From positions 1 through 15,502 of the forward strand of contig JBDONT010000040.1 of NCBI GenBank assembly GCA_039831155.1: DNA of 15,502 nucleotides, given 5' to 3'. The notes under the pieces are model-generated. The model worked only from the letters and a program-made list of their open reading frames with translations. It was not told the DNA's origin and searched no databases. Positions 10,091 to 15,502 of this stretch are shown piece by piece (within the stretch, counting starts at the first letter, position 1; each line of letters opens with the position of its first letter). A program made the position numbers and the translations under genes. The DNA comes from Nautiliaceae bacterium (GTDB lineage: Bacteria > Campylobacterota > Campylobacteria > Campylobacterales > Nautiliaceae).

Positions 10091-10600
10091 TTAACTACCT
10101 TCCAATTCCTCAAAAGCTTTTTTAACTTTTAAATTAAGTACTTTTTTCCTTATCTCTTTGAGTCTTCTCTCTTCATAGCTTAAAACCTCTTTAGCCGGTA
10201 TGCACCCTCTGACAAAAACCTCTTTTTCATCTTTATAATATTCTATTTTTTCAAATTTCATATTTTTATCTACAAAAAGGTTTAAATTATCGTCTTTTTT
10301 AAATTTTTTCATTAAAGCAATCTCTTTTTGAGTGTTAAACTTAGGAGCGTTTTCATAAATTACAACATCTATAAGACCGTCTATTTTTTTTATCATTTTA
10401 ATTTTAGCTTTTCTTTTTGCCTTATCTATCGCAGAAAAATCACCCTTTTCATAATCATATACACAAATTTCTCCATCCACTCTTTTCATATACCAAGAAG
10501 GGGCACCTTGAATTTTTACAGTGGAAAAATTATCCAATACACAGTTGGTTACGTGCTTTACCAAACTACTAACTATCGCAGAAACTATTGTCAAAAGCAT
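10091..10600 (-). CDS. Hypothetical protein, 169 aa, weakly LPP20-like
   Basis: Coupled between dnaX and addB (gaps of 2 and 0 nt) with AAAGGA SD; hydrophobic N-terminus and GAPSWY motif reminiscent of LPP20-like proteins; no clear lipobox. Confidence 0.8.
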   Translation of the reverse strand: MLLTIVSAIVSSLVKHVTNCVLDNFSTVKIQGAPSWYMKRVDGEICVYDYEKGDFSAIDKAKRKAKIKMIKKIDGLIDVVIYENAPKFNTQKEIALMKKFKKDDNLNLFVDKNMKFEKIEYYKDEKEVFVRGCIPAKEVLSYEERRLKEIRKKVLNLKVKKAFEELEGS

Positions 10601-10602
10601 AA

Positions 10603-12075
10603 TTATCCTTTAATAATTTTTTCTATCTTAACATCACTGCCAAAAATTTCTCTTACTTTTCTAATTACCTCCTCTGATTTATCGTTTAATGAGATGCTAG
10701 TTTTTTTTTTAGGAGGTTGCGGTTGTGGAGATGATAGCTGTGCTTCTTTACATCTGATAGGTTCTATTTTAGTACCGATTCCAAACACTTCGTTAATCAA
10801 AGGTCTTATTACGGGAGAAAAAAATCTTTTAAACATCTCTTTACATTCGCTATTAGGACAACTCTCCCACTTTAAAACATTATTCTCAAAAGAGATAAAT
10901 TTCACGCTAGTTTCAAAACACACACCTAAATTCAAATCTCTTTCTTTTATTTTTTTGACAAGTTCTTTAAATTTATCAACCGGTTCAAATAAAGGTTCTT
11001 TAACAGTTTCTAAAAACTCTTTTTTTACTACTTTTTTTTCCAAATCTTTTATCAAATCATCTATTTTATGAGGTTTAATCGCTTCTACCATTCTAAAAAA
11101 CATCAAACTAAGCACAAATTCATTATCACTGTTATATTTTATAAGCTCTTTTGAATCGGCTACAATATTAAAAAACCTCTCAACGGTAATTAAAGGCAAA
11201 CTTCCATTAAACATAGCATCTTTTATGTATAAAACAACTTCATCCAAAATAGCCTCTATATCGTAATCTTTTACCTCTTTTATAAGCTCTTTTAAACTTT
11301 TTTTATCCTTATTTTTAATAGTTTCAAAGATTTTATTTATAATTTCCGGGTTTACAACCCCAAGCATTTCTACCACACTGTCTAAATCGACTTTTCCTCT
11401 GGCAAAAGCTATAGCCTGGTCTAAAAGCGTCAAAGAATCCCTAACACTTCCCTTTGCAGCTTTTACTATAAGTCTTAAAGCTTCTTCTTCAAACTCCACA
11501 TTCTCCGCTACTAAAATTTTAATAAGATAGTTTTCTATAATATCCTCTTTGATTTTATTAAACCTAAAATGCTGAACCCTGCTTAAAATAGTAGCCGGTA
11601 ATTTAAGAGGGTCTGTTGTAGCCATTATGAATTTTACATATTCCGGTGGTTCTTCAAGCGTTTTTAAAAGAGCGTTAAAAGCTTCATTTGTAAGCATATG
11701 AACTTCATCTATTATAAATATTTTATACCTGCCTATACTGGGTTTATATTTTGTATGTTCTATAAGTTCTCTTATATCTTCTATTTTTCTATTACTGGCA
11801 GCGTCCATTTCTATAATGTCAATATGCCTGTTTTCATTAGACATTTGACAGTTCTCACACTCTTCGCAAGGATTTGAAGTAGGTCCGTTATCACATTCAA
11901 GGGCTTTTGCAAAAATTCTGGCAGTAGTCGTTTTACCACTTCCTCTTAAACCGGAAAAGAGATAAGCGTGGGCTATTCTATTTTTATCAAGAGAATTTAC
12001 AAGAGTCTTTACGATAGCGTCTTGTCCAATAATCTCTTCAAATCTTTTGGGTCTGTATCTTAAAGCTAAAACCAA
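10603..12075 (-). CDS. dnaX: DNA polymerase III subunit gamma/tau
   Basis: LALRYRP, Walker A GLRGSGKTT, Zn module C...PCEECENC, EMDAAS, Walker B IIDEVHML, FNALLKTLEEPP, TILSR, GSVRDSL. TTG start with AAAGG SD. Confidence 0.97.
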   Translation of the reverse strand: MVLALRYRPKRFEEIIGQDAIVKTLVNSLDKNRIAHAYLFSGLRGSGKTTTARIFAKALECDNGPTSNPCEECENCQMSNENRHIDIIEMDAASNRKIEDIRELIEHTKYKPSIGRYKIFIIDEVHMLTNEAFNALLKTLEEPPEYVKFIMATTDPLKLPATILSRVQHFRFNKIKEDIIENYLIKILVAENVEFEEEALRLIVKAAKGSVRDSLTLLDQAIAFARGKVDLDSVVEMLGVVNPEIINKIFETIKNKDKKSLKELIKEVKDYDIEAILDEVVLYIKDAMFNGSLPLITVERFFNIVADSKELIKYNSDNEFVLSLMFFRMVEAIKPHKIDDLIKDLEKKVVKKEFLETVKEPLFEPVDKFKELVKKIKERDLNLGVCFETSVKFISFENNVLKWESCPNSECKEMFKRFFSPVIRPLINEVFGIGTKIEPIRCKEAQLSSPQPQPPKKKTSISLNDKSEEVIRKVREIFGSDVKIEKIIKG

Positions 12076-12078
12076 ATA

Positions 12079-12372
12079 TCAACCTTTATTTAAAATAGCT
12101 TCCACAATAGCATAAGCTACTTTATCTTTATTTTCAAAAAAGTCTCTGTTATCAAAATTTTTATCTATTTTAAATTCGAAAAAATTATTAGTTTTTATGA
12201 AATTTTTTAAATCTTCATTATTATCAATTAAAAAAAGCTCATTAATTAACTCTAAAATATCTTTATCTATTTCTATTCTTTCAACTAACCCTTTTAAATA
12301 ATCAACTTCTTTTTTATGTTTCTTTAGAACTTTAGATAAAAAATTTTGCCTATCTTTATTACACCATATCAT
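12079..12372 (-). CDS. Hypothetical protein, 97 aa
   Basis: First ORF after the consensus promoter; AGGT SD; ends 3 nt before the dnaX start; no recognised motif. Confidence 0.75.
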   Translation of the reverse strand: MIWCNKDRQNFLSKVLKKHKKEVDYLKGLVERIEIDKDILELINELFLIDNNEDLKNFIKTNNFFEFKIDKNFDNRDFFENKDKVAYAIVEAILNKG

Positions 12373-12403
12373 TTTTTTACCTGCTATGAATTTATAGGAA
12401 ATA

Positions 12404-12431
12404 ATTATATCTTAAAATAAGGTAATGTCAA
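12404..12431 (-). promoter_or_regulatory. Sigma70 promoter of the dnaX-addBA-mod-res-lpxB operon
   Basis: Minus strand TTGACA (12431-12426), 16 nt, TATAAT (12409-12404), 31 nt upstream of the 97-aa ORF. A second TATAAT lies at 12441-12436. Confidence 0.8.
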
Positions 12432-12473
12432 ACAAATTATAGTGTCAGTCGCTTTAGTTGAAAGTAATTTAAA

Positions 12474-12499
12474 TGGTAGTGAGGGGGAGACTTGAACTC
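12474..12499 (-). mobile_element. att site: tRNA 3'-end remnant (possibly tRNA-Leu) marking the left boundary of an integrative element
   Basis: Minus strand GAG-TTCAAGT-CTCCC-CCTCACT-A-CCA reads as partial T-stem, T-loop, 3' T-stem, 7-nt acceptor strand, discriminator and CCA. No D or anticodon arm upstream. 185 nt from an integrase start. Confidence 0.85.
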
Positions 12500-12510
12500 A
12501 CTCACTCTAT

Positions 12511-12660
12511 ATTTTCGTTGATTTTCGTTCGTTTTCAAATATTCCTTATTTTCGGGCTTTTTGATTTTTGAGATGATATACTTTTGATATGGCTTTATAT
12601 AGTTTAGAAGTCGTAACCCAACACGTAACCCATTGAGGGAGAGACTAAAGGAGACCAAAA
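12511..12660. repeat. Short direct-repeat pairs in the att arm (candidate integrase arm or directionality-factor sites)
   Basis: ATTTTCGTT at 12511 and 12521; CGTAACCCA at 12612 and 12624; GAGAC(T/C)AAA at 12641 and 12651. Confidence 0.6.
12574..12582 (+). promoter_or_regulatory. Candidate extended -10 promoter for the integrase
   Basis: TGATATACT (TGn-TATACT) about 100 nt upstream of the ATG; SD AAGGA at 12674-12678. Confidence 0.4.
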
Positions 12661-12684
12661 CTTCCACGCAAAAAAGGATTTGTA

Positions 12685-13776
12685 ATGGCTATTAAACACA
12701 GCGAATTTAAAGACATCGGAATAAAAAATATTAAACAACACAAAAAAGACAAATTAAAATTTTTGCTTGATTTTACATATCAGGGTAAAAGATACAAAAA
12801 AGTCGTTACGCTAAGTCATAGACCAAATTGGACATTAAAAGAGTATAAAAAAGAGGCTCAAAGACTGCTTAGCGAATTTCAGATGAATATAAAAGCGGGA
12901 TATAAACAAAATGAAGATATGAAAATAGATGAATTGTTTGAGCTTTTTATGCAGAACAACCCGACAAGTGAAAGTTGGGATAAAAAAAGAAAAGAAATTT
13001 ATAGACGATATATAAAAGCTGAAATCGGCTCTAAACGCTTAAAAGACATCAAACCTTTACATATCGGGAAAATTATATCAAAAATGAGAGATAAAGACTT
13101 ATCGCCAAATACACAAAATAAAGTGCTGGTTATTTTACGCCCTATGTTTGAATTTGCAATACACAATAAGTTAATAAAAGAAAATCCCGCTAAAGATATT
13201 CACATTAAACAAAAAGACACAAAAAAGATTGTAATAAACGCTCAGGAGAAACTAAAAAGAATTTATCAGGGTATTATGGAGCTATATGCCGATGACCCTT
13301 ATTACAGGGCATTTTTCCTATTTGCACTCAGCGGCAGAAGAAAAAGCGAAATATTGCAGTTGAGGTGGGAAAATATAGACCTTGAAAATAACTACTACTG
13401 GATAGCTGATGCAAAGCCGAATGAAAATCAACGCTATGACCTGCCGCCGCTCATTAAAGAGGCTCTGCTTGAACTCGGTGTTAAGCGTAAAGGCTGGGTA
13501 TTTTTCAGCTTTAAAAATCCTCAGGAGCATTTAAAAAAACCGGACAGACAGGTCGACAGACCTAAAAAATACCTTGATATTCCCGAATTTAGTCTGCATT
13601 ACTGCCACCATATATTAGCCTCTGCACTTATTGAAAAAGGTATTCCGACTTCAATAGTCAGCGGCGTATTGGGGCATAAAAACGCAACGACTATCAATAA
13701 GTATGTGAGTATCAATTATCACACCTCAACCCAAAAAGCAAATCAGGAAATGCTTGAAATAATAGAGCCGAAATAA
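12685..13776 (+). CDS. Tyrosine recombinase/integrase, probably catalytically impaired
   Basis: N-terminal arm-binding-like region, core-binding domain (LSPNTQNKVLVILRPMFEFA), box I SGRRKSE (R219), box II H305-Y-C-H308...LGH331...Y340. Confidence 0.92.
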   Translation: MAIKHSEFKDIGIKNIKQHKKDKLKFLLDFTYQGKRYKKVVTLSHRPNWTLKEYKKEAQRLLSEFQMNIKAGYKQNEDMKIDELFELFMQNNPTSESWDKKRKEIYRRYIKAEIGSKRLKDIKPLHIGKIISKMRDKDLSPNTQNKVLVILRPMFEFAIHNKLIKENPAKDIHIKQKDTKKIVINAQEKLKRIYQGIMELYADDPYYRAFFLFALSGRRKSEILQLRWENIDLENNYYWIADAKPNENQRYDLPPLIKEALLELGVKRKGWVFFSFKNPQEHLKKPDRQVDRPKKYLDIPEFSLHYCHHILASALIEKGIPTSIVSGVLGHKNATTINKYVSINYHTSTQKANQEMLEIIEPK

Positions 13777-13877
13777 GCCTTTTTTTCTTTTTGGCTATAT
13801 ACTCTACCAGCTAGGGCAGTTTTTTGATTGTAGCATCATTTTAGAGCGAATTAGGAGTATATTTTGAAAGGATAACA

Positions 13878-14311
13878 ATGGAGAAAAAACCATACTATAA
13901 AAAAGCTGAAATCGTTTGAATTGAATTTGGAGATTTATTAAAAGATATAGATTATACCGACTGCTTAAACAGAACTGATATTTCAAAAAGATATGGAATT
14001 AAGTTAAATAGAGAGTTTGCATACAAGCATATGGGACTAATAATAACTCCTGAATATTTAAACGAGGGAACACTTTTAGTAATTCCTATTACGACTAAAA
14101 GCCCAAGTTATGAAAATAAACTTGCAAAAGGATATAAAAATATTTTTTACTTACAAAAAGAGAAAACCCTTTTTTATTGAACGATAGTATTCTATTATTG
14201 GATAAAGTTTTACATATAGATAAATTAAAAGTTAAAGCTCATATGGGATTTGTAAGAAAAAGAATTTTTAAAGAAGTTTTACAATCATTTCAAAAGTTTT
14301 TAACCCCATAA
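13878..14311 (+). pseudogene. PemK/MazF-like endoribonuclease toxin pseudogene (about 144 aa reconstructed)
   Basis: SD AAAGGA at 13867-13872, ATG 13878. Reads MEKKPYYKKAEIV*IEFG...REFAYKHMGLII...TLLVIPITTK..., then after a -1 shift near 14165 NPFLLNDSILLLDKVLHIDKLKV...TP*. TGA at 13917 replaces the expected Trp. The motif order fits the PemK fold. Confidence 0.82.
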
Positions 14312-14332
14312 AGGGGTAAACGATATAATGTA

Positions 14333-14361
14333 ATTATACCTCAACGCATATTAAAAGTCAA
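14333..14361 (-). promoter_or_regulatory. Antisense sigma70 promoter facing the pemK-like gene
   Basis: TTGACT (14361-14356), 17 nt, TATAAT (14338-14333). Confidence 0.6.
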
Positions 14362-14369
14362 TCAAATCA

Positions 14370-14386
14370 AATTATGTGCTATAATT
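14370..14386 (+). promoter_or_regulatory. Extended -10 promoter of the TA operon with overlapping palindrome (candidate operator)
   Basis: TGCTATAAT at 14377-14385 inside the inverted repeat AATTAT-GTGCT-ATAATT; SD AGGAG at 14400-14404. Confidence 0.65.
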
Positions 14387-14411
14387 GAATAAATCATTCA
14401 GGAGTAACGCA

Positions 14412-14795
14412 ATGACTATGCAGATAGATTTAAGGAAAGTTTTTAAATTCGATAGGGAACTCCGAAAACTTATAGGTCAGCTTGAAATATTTAGGAATTT
14501 TTTAACTGCTCTTAATGCTGATGATTTGTCTAAAAACGATAAAAGGGAGCTTATAGAAATTGCAAGGCTTTTGTGGGAACTTAAAGACGAAATACAAGAC
14601 AATGAAGCGGTATCTAAAATAAAAGAGCTTTTTAGACTTATAGCTTATAAAGTAGAAGAAGGAGAAACTGAAGAGGATAAAATTTGGGCTTTAAGAGGGG
14701 ATATAGGTTATCTAGACTATTTAGATGCAAAGGAAAAAGGAATGTTAATAACAGGAGATGCCGAAACGTTTATAAGGCAAATTGATGAGTTATAA
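14412..14795 (+). CDS. Putative antitoxin, 127 aa
   Basis: ATG 14412 lies 7 nt after AGGAG (the ORF-track TTG at 14385 is within the promoter). It overlaps the toxin start by 11 nt and has an acidic C-terminal segment (YLDAKEKGMLITGDAETFIRQIDEL) like those of RelE-associated antitoxins. Confidence 0.7.
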   Translation: MTMQIDLRKVFKFDRELRKLIGQLEIFRNFLTALNADDLSKNDKRELIEIARLLWELKDEIQDNEAVSKIKELFRLIAYKVEEGETEEDKIWALRGDIGYLDYLDAKEKGMLITGDAETFIRQIDEL

Positions 14796-15060
14796 GATAA
14801 TAACGACCGATAAGTTTATGAAAAAACTTGCTAAACTCATTAAGAAAAATCCTGAATTAAAACCTAAAATCGCTAAAACTCTTAAACTTTTTGAAAATGA
14901 TATTAATCACCCTTCTTTAAGATTTCACAAATTAAAAGGAGAATTAAGCGATAAATACAGCGTATCGGTAGATATGAATTACAGAATAATACTTGAATTT
15001 ATTGTAACTGAAAAAGGCGTTATCCTGCTTGATATAGGCTCTCATGATGAGGTGTATTAA
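14785..15060 (+). CDS. RelE/YafQ-family type II toxin (mRNA interferase), 91 aa
   Basis: Basic protein with F-x-K-x-L-x-K-L, HPSLRFHKLKGEL, YSVSV...YRII and C-terminal DIGSHDEVY. Confidence 0.9.
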   Translation: MSYKIITTDKFMKKLAKLIKKNPELKPKIAKTLKLFENDINHPSLRFHKLKGELSDKYSVSVDMNYRIILEFIVTEKGVILLDIGSHDEVY

Positions 15061-15096
15061 ATTTTTGAGACATACCCAAAATTTTGTGTCTGTGAT

Positions 15097-15124
15097 ATTA
15101 TAGCAAAAAATTTTCATTCGTCAA
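15097..15124 (-). promoter_or_regulatory. Antisense sigma70 promoter facing the RelE/YafQ toxin gene
   Basis: TTGACG (15124-15119), 16 nt, TATAAT (15102-15097), with the extended -10 TG (TGCTATAAT). Confidence 0.65.
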
Positions 15125-15254
15125 CTCCAAGTCCAAATTTCATAACGAACATTTGGTTTAATTCATATCTTTTAGATTTGATTAAAGGATTAATTTTCCA
15201 GGTTTTATGCAATTTGTCAGTAACAATAAAAAGGGCTACGTTCAAAATATCCAT
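15114..15254 (-). CDS. Possible small ORF, 46 aa (MDILNVALFIVTDKLHKTWKINPLIKSKRYELNQMFVMKFGLGVDE)
   Basis: ATG at 15254 with a strong AAGGAGG (15274-15268) but a long 13-nt spacing; no recognised motif. Confidence 0.3.
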   Translation of the reverse strand: MDILNVALFIVTDKLHKTWKINPLIKSKRYELNQMFVMKFGLGVDE

Positions 15255-15367
15255 AGACTGAAAAAAACCTCCTTTTTTAAGCCTTTGTTTTTCAAAGGTA
15301 GAATGAACAGATTCTACTGCATTTGTTGCAGTTTATAAGTTTCCTGATAGATTCAGGATATTTTAAA
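15241..15367. other. Tandem hairpin cluster (candidate structured RNA or ssDNA signal)
   Basis: Four perfect stems: CCTTTG/CAAAGG 15282-15298, GTAGAAT/ATTCTAC 15298-15317, ACTGCA/TGCAGT 15316-15332, TCCTGA/TCAGGA 15342-15358. They are enclosed by AAAATATCC (15244-15252) / GGATATTTT (15356-15364). Confidence 0.55.
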
Positions 15368-15375
15368 AATGCCAG

Positions 15376-15502
15376 TATAATGCCCCATTTGTCAAGACAA
15401 TAAATTAAAAGATTTGTTTTCCATCTATTAAGCTACTTTATGTAACATTTTTTTATAAACACTCATAGGTTTATCATAACCTAGTGCTGAATGAAATCTT
15501 TT
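15376..15502 (-). mobile_element. IS3-family insertion sequence, downstream end (partial)
   Basis: Terminal IR-like TATAATGCCCCATTTGTCAAGACA (15376-15399) with an outward TTGACA, next to a transposase C-terminus. The exact end is inferred. Confidence 0.75.
15428..15502 (-). CDS. IS3-family transposase, last 24 codons
   Basis: Hand translation KRFHSALGYDKPMSVYKKMLHKVA* matches the IS3 OrfB C-terminal R-x-H-S-x-L-G-Y-x-x-P signature. Confidence 0.85.
   Translation of the reverse strand, partial: KRFHSALGYDKPMSVYKKMLHKVA

Noticed and set aside
10328-11071. 247-aa plus-strand ORF with GGCGCG
   Set aside because: Lies wholly opposite dnaX and the 169-aa gene; the Cys/Gly motif is the reverse complement of the Pro-rich linker.
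12474-12560. Complete tRNA gene
   Set aside because: Only the T-loop-to-CCA part exists; no D arm, anticodon arm or 5' acceptor strand.
12437-12667. 76-aa minus-strand ORF
   Set aside because: Spans the att core and arm repeats across the island junction; no recognisable excisionase features.
13776-13800. Intrinsic terminator after the integrase
   Set aside because: The T-rich run sits inside a weak AGCC/GGCT stem rather than after a strong one.
13318-13986. Minus-strand ORFs 13318-13530 and 13804-13986
   Set aside because: Shadows of the integrase and the PemK-like pseudogene.
14385-14411. ORF-track TTG start of the antitoxin
   Set aside because: It overlaps the -10 box; ATG 14412 has a well-spaced AGGAG.
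15282-15358. CRISPR mini-array (TTCTAC recalls a Cas12a repeat)
   Set aside because: The stems differ in sequence, there is no repeat-spacer periodicity, and no cas gene is in the window.
15407-15502. Inverted repeats AAAAGATTT/AAATCTTTT and TAGGTT/AACCTA as a retron-like RNA
   Set aside because: They fall inside the IS3 end and transposase coding sequence; no reverse transcriptase is visible.

Overview
AT-rich bacterial DNA, probably Campylobacterota (inferred from protein style and gene set). The window has two parts. (1) 1-12431 is one tightly coupled minus-strand operon behind a consensus sigma70 promoter: 97-aa hypothetical, dnaX, 169-aa hypothetical, addB, addA, an EcoP15I-like type III restriction-modification pair (mod, res), an unannotated 41-aa ORF and lpxB (running off the left edge). 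(2) From about 12474 to the right edge is the end of a tRNA-targeted integrative element. It holds a 26-nt tRNA 3'-end remnant (att), att-arm-like direct repeats, a tyrosine integrase whose HxxR Arg is replaced by His, a doubly broken PemK/MazF-like toxin gene, a RelE/YafQ-type toxin-antitoxin pair, a cluster of hairpins with a 46-aa ORF, and the end of an IS3-family element. The most interesting signals are near-consensus antisense promoters just behind both toxin genes, the structured 15241-15367 segment, and an A10 tract in dnaX placed to give a gamma-like subunit by slippage. All family calls come from motif recognition by eye, not database searches.
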